From a virus: 64,000 bases of DNA. The notes below the pieces were generated by a model that was given only the letters and a program-made list of their open reading frames with translations, had not been told where the DNA came from and made no database searches. Made by a program: the position numbers and the translations under genes. Below, piece after piece: positions 10,972 through 21,128 of the stretch; within the stretch, counting starts at the first letter, position 1; every line of letters begins with the position of its first letter. Location of the stretch: positions 1 to 64,000 of the IMG/VR virus record IMGVR_UViG_3300046004_001116; one strand, 5' to 3'.

Positions 10972-13773
10972 ATGTCTGTTAGATTAAGCGACATGTGGTC
11001 ATTAAGCACAGATGTATTTAATTACGATAACGTTATTACAGCAGAAGGGCCTTCAGCTAACTGGTTTTACTCAACATGGAACACAAGTAATACATCAACG
11101 GGGTCAAGCACAGCAACTCAAATTAAGTTACCTCTTGTTGCAACAGGTACTTATAACTTTGTGGTTGACTGGGGCGATGGAACTTCACCGGAAACAATAA
11201 CTGCTTGGAATCAAGCAGAAACAACACATACATACGCAACAGCTGCCACTTATATAATTCGTATCACAGGAACTATCACTGGATGGCAATTTAATAATGG
11301 AGGAGATAAACTTAAACTATTAAGTATATCACAATGGGGCACTTTAAGACCTGGGAATAACACTGCTATATTTATGGGTTGTGGTAATTTAAGGCTGGAC
11401 GATGTAAGAGGTGTTCTTGATACAACAGGAATGACAAGTTTCTATCGACTGTTTCATAGCTGTACAAGTCTAGTGCAAGTTAATAGGATTAATGAATGGA
11501 ATACTTTTAATGTTACAAACATGGGGTCAACTTTTGACTCGTCTTACAGGTTTAACGACAACATTGGAAATTGGAATACTTTTAATGTTACTACTTTTGA
11601 ATTAATGTTTGCACACGCAGGTGCGTTTAATAACGGTGGTAGTCCTGATATTGATAATTGGAACACTGCAAATGTCACAACAATGAGATTTATGTTTGGT
11701 ACCGACGGAACTGTACCCGGGGGTACTGCTATGAAATTTAATCAACCTATAGGAACATGGGACACAACAAAAGTTACAAATATGTCGGGAATGTTTGCTA
11801 GAAATAATGCGTTTAATCAAGACATATCAACTAAAGTTGTTACTAAAACTGTTTTTGAGGTTACTCAAAATTTCACTGTGAAATACGGAGTTACATTTTC
11901 CGCATGGGACACTAAAAATGTAACTGACATGGAAAGTATGCTAAGCGCCGCTGTGGTAGGGAACGGGCAATTTAATCAATACATTGGTAATTGGAACACT
12001 TCTAAAGTTACTCTAATGAACTCAATGTTTAACGAACAAACTGAATTTAACCAAGACGTGTCGACTAAAGTTGTTACTGTTGGCAGTGATACATATACTG
12101 CTTGGGATACTAAAGAAGTTACTAATATGTCGTTTATATTTAGTGGAACTACTGCAGTAGGTGGTTTAGGTAAATTTAATCAAAACATAGGTAATTGGAA
12201 CACTTCTAAAGTTACCAACATGGGTAGGATGTTTTTACAGAAGAATAAATTTAACCAAGACATATCAACTAAAGTTGTTACTGTTAATGGAGTTTCATAC
12301 ACTGCTTGGGATACTAAAGAAGTTACTGATATGGCATTTATGCTATACACATCTTCACCTGATGGCACAGCATATGGAGAATTTAATCAGAACATTGGTA
12401 ATTGGAACACTTCTAAAGTAACAACTTTATATGCTACTTTTTATAACCAAAAATCTTTTAATCAGAATATTGGAACAAAGTACACTACTGTTAATGGAGT
12501 TTCATACACTGCTTGGGATACTAAAGAAGTTACTAACATGTCATTTACATGTAGAGTAGGATCATCTATAGGTGGGGGCGTATTCAATAATGGTGAGTCT
12601 AATGACATTAAGGACTGGAACACATCAAAAGTTACTACGATGCAAAGTATGTTCAGCGGGCAACCCTTATTTAATCAAAATATTGGAACAAAGGCTTCTA
12701 CTGTTGGTTTTACTACTTGGACTGCTTGGGACACTTTAAATGTAACAAATATGTCATATATGCTTAATGCGTATGTTGCAACAAATACAAACGGTGGAGT
12801 ATTTAACAACGGTGGTAGTGGAACTTTTGGTAATTGGAATACATCAAAAGTTACAGATATGAGTTATATGTTACAGGATCAAGTTTTGTTTAACCAAACT
12901 ATGAACACCATGTTAGCTACTATTAATAGTGTTACATATACTGCTTGGGATACTTTAAACGTAACAAATATGGCGGGTCTTTTTGCTGTTTTCAACAAAA
13001 CGGGAATTTTTAATCAAAACCTTGGAAGTTGGAATACATCAAAAGTTACTAACATGAATGCTATGTTTATTGCACAAGTTCTTTTTGATAAAAATATAGG
13101 AACAAGGGAAGTAACAGTTGGGGCTTCTACATACACTGCTTGGAACACTTTAAATGTAACAAATATGTCATTTATGTTTAGCGCAAACCCTTTAAACTCA
13201 TCTTCACAAGGAGTATTTAATAATGGTGGTGCCACCGCGCTTACAAGTTGGAATACATCAAAAGTAACAACCTTTCAGGCAATGTTCCAAAATCAACCGC
13301 TGTTTAATCAAAATTTAAGAACAAAGACAGTTACGGTTGGCGCAAGTACTTACACTGCATGGGATACTTTGGACGCTACTAGCATGAGATATATGTTTTT
13401 TAATAAGACAGGAAATACCGCAAGCCAATTTAACCAAAACATAGGGAATTGGAACACTGCTAAAGTTACAGATATGACTGCTATGTTTTGTAACGCTGCT
13501 AGTTTTAATCAAAACATAGATAATTGGAATGTTTCATTAGTAACCGCATTTAATTCACCTACAGCATTAAATGAAACCTTTGCAGACGGAACAGCAATAT
13601 CAACTGCAAATTACGATGATATACTTGAAGGATGGTCATTGAGGCCAGTTCTTGCAAATAAAGTAATTAGTTTTGGAACAACTAAATATAGTGCAGCTGC
13701 AGTATCGGAAAGAGCAATATTAACATCAGCTCCAAATAATTGGACAATAGTTGATGGCGGTTTAGCAGCATAA
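10972..13773 (+). CDS. DUF285/BspA-like repeat surface protein with N-terminal PKD-like domain
   Basis: Many FNQNIGNWNTSKVTxM repeats; VDWGDG motif. Confidence 0.85.
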   Translation: MSVRLSDMWSLSTDVFNYDNVITAEGPSANWFYSTWNTSNTSTGSSTATQIKLPLVATGTYNFVVDWGDGTSPETITAWNQAETTHTYATAATYIIRITGTITGWQFNNGGDKLKLLSISQWGTLRPGNNTAIFMGCGNLRLDDVRGVLDTTGMTSFYRLFHSCTSLVQVNRINEWNTFNVTNMGSTFDSSYRFNDNIGNWNTFNVTTFELMFAHAGAFNNGGSPDIDNWNTANVTTMRFMFGTDGTVPGGTAMKFNQPIGTWDTTKVTNMSGMFARNNAFNQDISTKVVTKTVFEVTQNFTVKYGVTFSAWDTKNVTDMESMLSAAVVGNGQFNQYIGNWNTSKVTLMNSMFNEQTEFNQDVSTKVVTVGSDTYTAWDTKEVTNMSFIFSGTTAVGGLGKFNQNIGNWNTSKVTNMGRMFLQKNKFNQDISTKVVTVNGVSYTAWDTKEVTDMAFMLYTSSPDGTAYGEFNQNIGNWNTSKVTTLYATFYNQKSFNQNIGTKYTTVNGVSYTAWDTKEVTNMSFTCRVGSSIGGGVFNNGESNDIKDWNTSKVTTMQSMFSGQPLFNQNIGTKASTVGFTTWTAWDTLNVTNMSYMLNAYVATNTNGGVFNNGGSGTFGNWNTSKVTDMSYMLQDQVLFNQTMNTMLATINSVTYTAWDTLNVTNMAGLFAVFNKTGIFNQNLGSWNTSKVTNMNAMFIAQVLFDKNIGTREVTVGASTYTAWNTLNVTNMSFMFSANPLNSSSQGVFNNGGATALTSWNTSKVTTFQAMFQNQPLFNQNLRTKTVTVGASTYTAWDTLDATSMRYMFFNKTGNTASQFNQNIGNWNTAKVTDMTAMFCNAASFNQNIDNWNVSLVTAFNSPTALNETFADGTAISTANYDDILEGWSLRPVLANKVISFGTTKYSAAAVSERAILTSAPNNWTIVDGGLAA

Positions 13774-13791
13774 TAAAAATTAGAATTATGA

Positions 13792-14019
13792 ATGAAATAT
13801 TACTTAGCACATAACTCAATAGATGTTTTTCATTACGGTAGTATTCATGAGGATCAAGTTTTAACATCTGGGCAACCTTATGTAGAATACTTTAATACTC
13901 TTGTTGAATTACAAGAAAGATTAATATCTTTAGGACAGGAATACACAGAGACAGAAACGGTAATTAATTTGCCGTCTGAAGAACAATCTGAAGAACCATC
14001 TGAAGATCCAAGTATATAA
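13792..14019 (+). CDS. Hypothetical protein
   Basis: ORF after the DUF285 gene. Confidence 0.55.
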   Translation: MKYYLAHNSIDVFHYGSIHEDQVLTSGQPYVEYFNTLVELQERLISLGQEYTETETVINLPSEEQSEEPSEDPSI

Positions 14020-14033
14020 CAATAAATTAAAAC

Positions 14034-14510
14034 GGGCCATTCTGGAATTGATTGGCGGAACGTTATTCTTTGACATGCAGGCAGAGTTACATGGAAACTC
14101 TATAATAACCTATGGAACTTTTAAATGGCGATAAGTCAACAATGACCTTCGAAGATGCTATGGCATTCGTTGGTGCTTCTGAGTACGCGGTAGCTGCTTA
14201 ATGAAGGCGGGTCTCAATTACCTAGGAACAGAAATTTGAACACGGGAAAAAGGGTTAATAGTACCACATGCCGATGACCAATCAGTAACCCTGAGCGAAA
14301 GCAACAGACCACGGAGAAATCCAAGGAGCGCTGTTAATTGGAAGTCACCACCTTAATGTCAGGTGTATAATATCATTGAGTTGGTTGTTTGTTCGGAACT
14401 GGGTTAACTGAACTCTCTATTTTTGAAGTACTGAATAAACTTCATAAGCCTGTGAATGAATGCATCGGATAATCCGAACAAGATGTGGGGGTCGAGTCCC
14501 ACATGGTCCA
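14034..14510 (+). ncRNA. ssrA: tmRNA
   Basis: Acceptor GGGCCAT/ATGGTCC-A with G3-U pair; tag frame 14127-14201 GDKSTMTFEDAMAFVGASEYAVAA*. Confidence 0.9.
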
Positions 14511-14518
14511 CTACTAAT

Positions 14519-14546
14519 AAAGATCTGCCAAAAGCGGATCTTTTGT
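14519..14546 (+). terminator. Intrinsic terminator after tmRNA
   Basis: aagatctgc-caaaa-gcggatcttttt. Confidence 0.7.
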
Positions 14547-14601
14547 TGTATGTTCAGTTTTCATCATATTTAGGTTGTGATATATACTCAAATACAAATA
14601 T

Positions 14602-15501
14602 ATGAAAACAACTAAAGCACAAAAACTTAGAGACTTACTAAGTAGTGATCAATTAGAATTTATCATGGAGGCCCACAGTGGGTTATCAGCAAAGATAGTT
14701 GAAGAAGCAGGGTTCAAAGGAATTTGGGCAAGCGGTTTATCAATGTCAGCTGTACATGGTGTAAGAGACAATAATGAACTTTCCTGGACTGATGTAGTGA
14801 ATGCACTTAAGTTCATGAGTAATGCAACCACAATTCCAATCCTTCTTGACGCAGATACAGGCTACGGAAGTTTTAATAACTTCGTGCAATTGCTACAGGA
14901 ACTTGTTAAGCATGATATTGGTGGAGTTGTCATTGAGGATAAAATCTTTCCTAAAACCAATTCTTTCATTAACGGAGAAAAACAACAACTTGCAGATATT
15001 GTGGAGTTCTCTAGAAAAATCACAGCAGGTAAAGATTACTTAAAATCTATAGGCCGTGAAGATTTTGTAATCTGTGCAAGATTAGAAGCATACATTACAG
15101 GTTTAGGCCACGAAGAAGCGATGAAACGTGCTATTGCATATGCTGAAGCTGGCGCTGATGCTATTCTTTGTCATAGTAAACTCGCAGATTCTTCAGAGAT
15201 TGATATCTTTATGAATGATTGGAAAAGAACTCTAGTTGGAGAAACTACTCCAATTATTATTGTTCCTACCAAATATTATAAAGTTCCAACTCAACATTTT
15301 GCTGAAACTGGTGTTTCATTAATCATTTGGGCAAATCACAACTTAAGATCTAGCATTAAGTCAATGCAAGAAACTACACAACAAATTTTTGCTGACTCAT
15401 CATTAATTAATGTAGAACAAAATGTAGCAAAACTTGAAGAAGTTTTCCGTTTACAAAATGCTGAAGCATTAGAAATTGCTGAAAAGAAATATCTTCCTTA
15501 A
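14602..15501 (+). CDS. pepM: Phosphoenolpyruvate mutase
   Basis: EDKIFPKTNS (EDKx5NS signature), LDADTGYG, IWANHNLR. Confidence 0.95.
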   Translation: MKTTKAQKLRDLLSSDQLEFIMEAHSGLSAKIVEEAGFKGIWASGLSMSAVHGVRDNNELSWTDVVNALKFMSNATTIPILLDADTGYGSFNNFVQLLQELVKHDIGGVVIEDKIFPKTNSFINGEKQQLADIVEFSRKITAGKDYLKSIGREDFVICARLEAYITGLGHEEAMKRAIAYAEAGADAILCHSKLADSSEIDIFMNDWKRTLVGETTPIIIVPTKYYKVPTQHFAETGVSLIIWANHNLRSSIKSMQETTQQIFADSSLINVEQNVAKLEEVFRLQNAEALEIAEKKYLP

Positions 15502-15510
15502 AACTTTAGA

Positions 15511-16629
15511 ATGAATACAAAACAATTTGGTGATTGGTTGCAAGAATTGGAATTTGATGTCTTTACTGGCGTTCCATGTTCTTATCTTAAGTATTTGATT
15601 AACTATGCTTATTCTGACTGCACTTATATTAATGCACCTAATGAAGGTGATGCAGTAGCAGTTGCAGCGGGTGCCTATCTTGCAGGTAAACGTCCAGTGG
15701 TTCTTTTACAAAACTCTGGATTAGGAAATCTTATTTCTCCGCTTACTTCACTTAATCATATCTTTAAGATTCCTTTTCTTGGATTTGTTTCTTTAAGAGG
15801 TGGGCCTGACGATGAACCTCAGCATGAACTGATGGGTAAGATTACTCGAGAAATGCTTCAAGTAACACAAACACCAATTGCTACATTAAGTAAAGATCTA
15901 GAAGAAGCTAAAATGCAAATCATGGCTGCTCGAGATTTTATTGATGCAAATAAAATTCCATTCTTTTTTATCGTTGAAAAGGACACGTTTGATCCCTACA
16001 AGTTATCGATAGACTCAAAGCCAAAATATTCTAAAGGTACAAGCAAAACTTACGGTAAAGGTAATGAAGAATTATCATCAAGAACCGAAGCATTAGAAGA
16101 AATAGTTAGATCACGCGGTAAAGCTGGTGTTATTGCAACTACGGGAATGACAGGCCGAGAACTATATGAAGTTGAAGATCATGAGCAACATTTATACATT
16201 GTAGGATCTATGGGTTGTACATCAGCAATAGGTTTAGGAACTGCAATGTTTAGTGATAAGCCAGTCATTGTAGTTGATGGAGACGGCGCAGCACTTATGC
16301 GTTTAAGCGGTATGCCAATGTTAGGTCACGAAAAGCCGGATAATCTTTTACATATTCTTTTAGATAATAATGAACACAATTCAACTGGTGGACAGTCTAC
16401 AATATCTGCTATTATGAACTGGCCGCTATTTGCAGAATCTATTGGGTATCAAGCAATTACGGTTAGAACGTTAAAGCAACTTAATCATGCAATTGAAGAA
16501 TGGCATATGAATCCCAGCTTGACGTTTATTTACATGAAGATTAATAACACAGTAAAAGATAACCTTGGTAGACCTAAAGTAAAACCACATCAAGTTGGTT
16601 CACGTTTTAGAAACTACATTACATCATAA
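15511..16629 (+). CDS. ppd: Phosphonopyruvate decarboxylase
   Basis: GVPCSYL, NEGDAVA, QNSGLGN, DEPQH, GSMG, DGDGAALM. Confidence 0.95.
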   Translation: MNTKQFGDWLQELEFDVFTGVPCSYLKYLINYAYSDCTYINAPNEGDAVAVAAGAYLAGKRPVVLLQNSGLGNLISPLTSLNHIFKIPFLGFVSLRGGPDDEPQHELMGKITREMLQVTQTPIATLSKDLEEAKMQIMAARDFIDANKIPFFFIVEKDTFDPYKLSIDSKPKYSKGTSKTYGKGNEELSSRTEALEEIVRSRGKAGVIATTGMTGRELYEVEDHEQHLYIVGSMGCTSAIGLGTAMFSDKPVIVVDGDGAALMRLSGMPMLGHEKPDNLLHILLDNNEHNSTGGQSTISAIMNWPLFAESIGYQAITVRTLKQLNHAIEEWHMNPSLTFIYMKINNTVKDNLGRPKVKPHQVGSRFRNYITS

Positions 16630-16632
16630 GGT

Positions 16633-17310
16633 ATGGAAAATTGGAAAAACATTTGGAACCGTAAACCAGCTAAAGATGTTTATGATCTGCAAGATCTTAT
16701 AAACGCAAATGGGTTTGACACATCAAGTTTGCTAGTCAAAAATCTAACTGACTATATTGAATCTGTAAAAACTAGAATGGGAATGAAGCAAGGTCAGTCA
16801 GTATATGAAGTTGGCTGCGGCTGTGGTTCTATTCTTTATCTTTTACAACAGATGGGTTTACAAGTTGGTGGTTCTGATTATTCTGACTCACTTATAAAGA
16901 TAGCAAAAGACTTGAACATATCTAATGATATTAAAGTAAGTGTTGCGAATGGTATTCCTGTTGAACCTAAGTATGATTATGTTATAGCAAATAGTGTGTT
17001 TCAGTATTTCCCAGATCTTAATTATGTTGAAGAAGTAGCGTGTCTTATGATGAATAAGTCTATAAGTGGTTCTATTGCAATCTTAGACATAAATGATTTA
17101 TCTAAGCAAGAACTTTATTTAAGTATTCGTCGTAAAGCAGAACCTGACTATGATGAAAAGTATAAAGACTTTCAACATCTATTTATTGACAAGCAATTTT
17201 GGATTAAATTGGGTTCTAAATTAAATTGGAAAGTTATCATAGAAGATCAAGACATACCAGAGTACAAAAATTCTAAATTTAGATACAACATATTTATAAC
17301 AAAAGCATGA
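16633..17310 (+). CDS. Class I SAM-dependent methyltransferase
   Basis: VYEVGCGCG, NSVFQYFP. Confidence 0.85.
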   Translation: MENWKNIWNRKPAKDVYDLQDLINANGFDTSSLLVKNLTDYIESVKTRMGMKQGQSVYEVGCGCGSILYLLQQMGLQVGGSDYSDSLIKIAKDLNISNDIKVSVANGIPVEPKYDYVIANSVFQYFPDLNYVEEVACLMMNKSISGSIAILDINDLSKQELYLSIRRKAEPDYDEKYKDFQHLFIDKQFWIKLGSKLNWKVIIEDQDIPEYKNSKFRYNIFITKA

Positions 17311-18035
17311 ACACAGCAATAATTTTAGCGGCAGGTTTAGGAAGCCGTTTTGGTGATATTACAAAGTACGTTCCTAAAGGAATGATTAAAGTAGGGAAGC
17401 AACCTATGATCCAATCCTCAATTGAAGCTATTCTTGAATTAGGATATGATGAGATCATAATTGTAACAGGACACTGTTCTAGTGTTTATGAAGAGTTTTG
17501 TAAAAAGTGGGGCAATGTAAAGATTGTAAAGAATCCTTTCTATTCAACAACTGGAAGTCTATTCTCACTTTACATGGGGCTAATTGAAGCAAAAATGTAT
17601 TACCCACCGGTGAATATTACAATTTTTGAGTCGGATATTATTTATGATAAGAATATCTTAGTAGATATGAAAGCTGAAAACTGTATGGTGGTTTCTGCAC
17701 CAAGAGCTGCAGGTTTAGGTGATGAATGCTGGACTCAAATTGAAGACGGAGTAATTACCAAGATTACTAAAGACAAGAATGATTGTGCAAATCCTGAATA
17801 TGAAATGGTTGGAATTACTAACATTACATTAAGTACAGTGAGCACATTGGCAAATTTAGAAAAAATGATTAAACTTTCTATTGACATGCTATATGAAAAC
17901 AATCAACAGGATTATGAATCCTTATTCACAGAAATGAATATCTTTAAGCCGTATGTAACTACTAAGTTATGGGCAGAGATGGACAACATCAAACATTTAG
18001 AAGATGCAATAACCAAAGTATTACCTAACATATGA
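17307..18035 (+). CDS. Phosphonate/phosphocholine cytidylyltransferase (PntC/LicC-like)
   Basis: ILAAGLGSRF...PKGM; ESDIIY; WAEMD; operon context. Confidence 0.8.
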   Translation: MNTAIILAAGLGSRFGDITKYVPKGMIKVGKQPMIQSSIEAILELGYDEIIIVTGHCSSVYEEFCKKWGNVKIVKNPFYSTTGSLFSLYMGLIEAKMYYPPVNITIFESDIIYDKNILVDMKAENCMVVSAPRAAGLGDECWTQIEDGVITKITKDKNDCANPEYEMVGITNITLSTVSTLANLEKMIKLSIDMLYENNQQDYESLFTEMNIFKPYVTTKLWAEMDNIKHLEDAITKVLPNI

Positions 18036-19111
18036 AAAGAAACATTTTATTAAACCCTGGGCCAGCATGTACATCAGACGCAGTAAAACAAGCTGTACTT
18101 GATATTGGTGATGTTTGTCCTAGAGAAATAGAATTTGGCACTCTTATGAAGAATGCGTCTGAAAAGATTAAAACTCACTTAACATCGGATACTGATGAAT
18201 ATGAAGCTGTTCTTTTTACTACTTCAGGAACTGGCGCAATGGAATCTATTATAAGTTCATTACCTAAAGAAACCGACCGAGTTTTAAACATTGTGAATGG
18301 CGAGTACGGAAAACGTATTGGAGAAATGCTTGAGGTTTACGGAATAAGAAATAGCACATTGGATTTTGGTTATGATGCAATTGATTTAGACGTAATTGAA
18401 AAAGTATTGCAATCTGTGGAGTTTTCTCATATCTGTGTAGTTCATTGCGAAACTACCACTGGTGTAATTAACGATATAGAAAAGCTTGCGCAAATTGCTG
18501 CTAAGAAAAATGTTAAAGTGATTGTTGATGCTATGAGTTCTGCTTTTGCATATCCTATTAACATGAAGAAATGGGGAATTGATTTTCTTGCTTGCAGTTC
18601 AAACAAGTTAGTTCAAGGATTAGCTGGAATTGGAATTGTGGTTGGTTCTAAAAAACAAATCCAACGTTGCCACAAAAGAAACTTGTATCTTTCATTAAAA
18701 GACCAAGCTGATTACTTTAATAAAAGCAATCAAATGAGGTTTACTCCACCTGTTCAAATACTGAATGCTTTAGACGTGGCACTTGATGAATTAGCTGAAG
18801 AAGGATTGGCAAAACGTTACAAAAGATATGAAAAGCTAAATCTTTATATACGTAAGAAAATGGAAGCGTGTGGGTTCACTCCAGTTATTCCATTAAATGA
18901 ATCATCAATTATAATTACTGCATATCATGAGCCAGCTGGTTTTGATTTTGAAAACTTCCATTCTTATATGAAAGAAAGAGGTTTTATTGTTTATCCAGGA
19001 AAACTCACAGATGGCAAAAGTTTTAGAATTGCTAACATTGGCAATATAACATTAGATGATGTATATGAATTTTTAACATTAGTTAAAGATTATATGAAAA
19101 ACACAATCTAA
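18032..19111 (+). CDS. phnW: 2-aminoethylphosphonate aminotransferase (AepZ/PhnW family)
   Basis: LLNPGP, VHCETTTG, DAMSS, SSNKLVQG, RFTPP, VYPGK, FRIANIG. Confidence 0.9.
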   Translation: MKRNILLNPGPACTSDAVKQAVLDIGDVCPREIEFGTLMKNASEKIKTHLTSDTDEYEAVLFTTSGTGAMESIISSLPKETDRVLNIVNGEYGKRIGEMLEVYGIRNSTLDFGYDAIDLDVIEKVLQSVEFSHICVVHCETTTGVINDIEKLAQIAAKKNVKVIVDAMSSAFAYPINMKKWGIDFLACSSNKLVQGLAGIGIVVGSKKQIQRCHKRNLYLSLKDQADYFNKSNQMRFTPPVQILNALDVALDELAEEGLAKRYKRYEKLNLYIRKKMEACGFTPVIPLNESSIIITAYHEPAGFDFENFHSYMKERGFIVYPGKLTDGKSFRIANIGNITLDDVYEFLTLVKDYMKNTI

Positions 19112-19234
19112 GATTGAGTGATATATACTCAAAATAAACCAACTATAACATTTTATCATATTTAAGAATATTAAATTTCTTTAATATGAAAGAGTATATA
19201 TAGATTAGGAAATAATAAAAGTACTTTACCGACA

Positions 19235-21100
19235 ATGAATAATAACAATGTATTAATGATCCTTGAGCGTTCAGGGTCTAATCTTGAGGTTAACAAGTCA
19301 AACAACGAATATGTTCTTGAAGGGATATTCGCTCAGTTTGGTGTTGAGAACAATAATCATCGTATCTACGAAGAAAAGGAATATCTTCCACACTTGGACT
19401 ACTTAAAGAAAAAGATTTCAGAGAACCGCCTTTTGGGTGAACTTGACCACCCAGATAAGTTTGATATTTCATTATCAAAAGTAAGTCACCTTATTGAAGA
19501 TGTTAAGTATGATCCAAAGAAACGTCAGATCATCGGCCGTATTAAATTACTTGATACACCAAGTGGACAAATTGCTAAGAACCTTGTAGATACAGGTGTT
19601 CCAATTTCAATTTCTTCACGTGCTGCTGGAGTAGTTGGAGAAAATAAGAAAGTTCAAATTAAAAGAATCTTTACTTATGATCTTGTAGCTGATCCTGGGT
19701 TTGAAAACGCACAGATGAAAAAAATTAACGAAAGTTTCGGATTCAGCAATGAAGATGATACTGTTGCTATTTACGACATGGGTGCAGAATTTCCTTCTTT
19801 CTTAGAAGCTGTTAATACAGAAGAGATATATACTGAAACCGCAGAAAAAACTGAACCAAAAATGGAAAAAAACGACATAGTTTCTGTAGAAGAAATGAAC
19901 AAGTATTCGGTAGTGATTAAAAATGAAATTGAGAAAATCAATTCACGTTTAGATAAAATTGCTGAATCATCTGATAAAGACGAGAAAATTGCATCTCTTA
20001 CTGAAGAACTTGATAATCTTCGTAAATATACAAACTATCTTGCTGAATCACAAAACAAAGCAATCTCTCATCAAAACTACATTGCAGAGAATTTAGGTAA
20101 TTCAATTGCATATGCTGAGCAAATTGCTGAGAAAGCAGACCAAGGTTTACAATACTTAGAGCATGTTGCTGAAAAGGCTGATCGTGGTATTCAGTATTCT
20201 GAATTAATCGCTGAGAACCAAACAAACTCTAACAAGTATGTAAACGAGCACATTGCTGCTAAACTTGACGAGGCTATCCGTTACGGAGAATATCTTGCAG
20301 GTAAAATTAATGAAACTGTTGCTTATGCACAATACGTTGCTGAACACACAGACAACAGTATCAAATATGGTGAGTATCTTTCAGAGAATGCTACATCTAA
20401 GGAAGACTTCAAAAATCTAACAGAATACGCTGAGTATATGTTTGAAAACTTTGGAGCTAAACCAGACGGTAAATCTCAAGATATTACTGAAGAAACAAAA
20501 ACAAACAAAGGTATCATCGCCAACGCAATCGTTGAAGGTGAATCTATCAAGTCTCGTTATACGTTACTTGATGAAAAAATAGAAGCGGTATTGGAATCTG
20601 TTCAAAAACAAAAAACAGATGATAAATCTAATAACGCTGATTATCCATTCCTAACATTTTTGGGCGAAAGCAAACGCGACGAATTCATCGCCCTAAATGA
20701 GACCGAAAAGAAAAGGGTCGCTAAAGCTCTCGATGCTAAACCATCGTTCAATGAAGCAAATATTGTAGCGGTTTGGGAATCTGCTCTACAAAACGTTGAA
20801 GTAAACGAAGAATGGCTAACTAACATGCCAGCAGAATATTTTCCTTTATGGGAAAATGCATCAGCTGAAGTTAGAGACCGTATCGCTCGTCAATCTCGCG
20901 TATTTAGATTAGACAGCCCTTACCAAATCAAAAACTTTTGGCAAACACGTGGTTTAGGTAAACCAGAGGATTTCGTAGCAGAAAGTTTAAACGAATCAAA
21001 AAGAACTGAAACTGCTGTTGTAAAACAAACAGTATTAGGTTACGATAATGATTATGTAGACGCTATGAAAGCTAAACTAGGTAAATCGTTTAGTCGCTAA
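19235..21100 (+). CDS. Prohead protease (gp21-like) fused to scaffold-like region
   Basis: LGELDHP, ISSRAAG, YDLVADPG; 14-aa YxEYxAE repeats. Confidence 0.9.
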   Translation: MNNNNVLMILERSGSNLEVNKSNNEYVLEGIFAQFGVENNNHRIYEEKEYLPHLDYLKKKISENRLLGELDHPDKFDISLSKVSHLIEDVKYDPKKRQIIGRIKLLDTPSGQIAKNLVDTGVPISISSRAAGVVGENKKVQIKRIFTYDLVADPGFENAQMKKINESFGFSNEDDTVAIYDMGAEFPSFLEAVNTEEIYTETAEKTEPKMEKNDIVSVEEMNKYSVVIKNEIEKINSRLDKIAESSDKDEKIASLTEELDNLRKYTNYLAESQNKAISHQNYIAENLGNSIAYAEQIAEKADQGLQYLEHVAEKADRGIQYSELIAENQTNSNKYVNEHIAAKLDEAIRYGEYLAGKINETVAYAQYVAEHTDNSIKYGEYLSENATSKEDFKNLTEYAEYMFENFGAKPDGKSQDITEETKTNKGIIANAIVEGESIKSRYTLLDEKIEAVLESVQKQKTDDKSNNADYPFLTFLGESKRDEFIALNETEKKRVAKALDAKPSFNEANIVAVWESALQNVEVNEEWLTNMPAEYFPLWENASAEVRDRIARQSRVFRLDSPYQIKNFWQTRGLGKPEDFVAESLNESKRTETAVVKQTVLGYDNDYVDAMKAKLGKSFSR

Positions 21101-21128
21101 TAAACAAAGCAAAAAAAACAAAATTCAA

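Noticed and set aside
11500-13540. Regularly spaced nucleotide repeats (aattggaacacttctaaagtt) resembling a CRISPR or DGR array
   Set aside because: They are in-frame DUF285 protein repeats; no cas or reverse transcriptase gene is visible.
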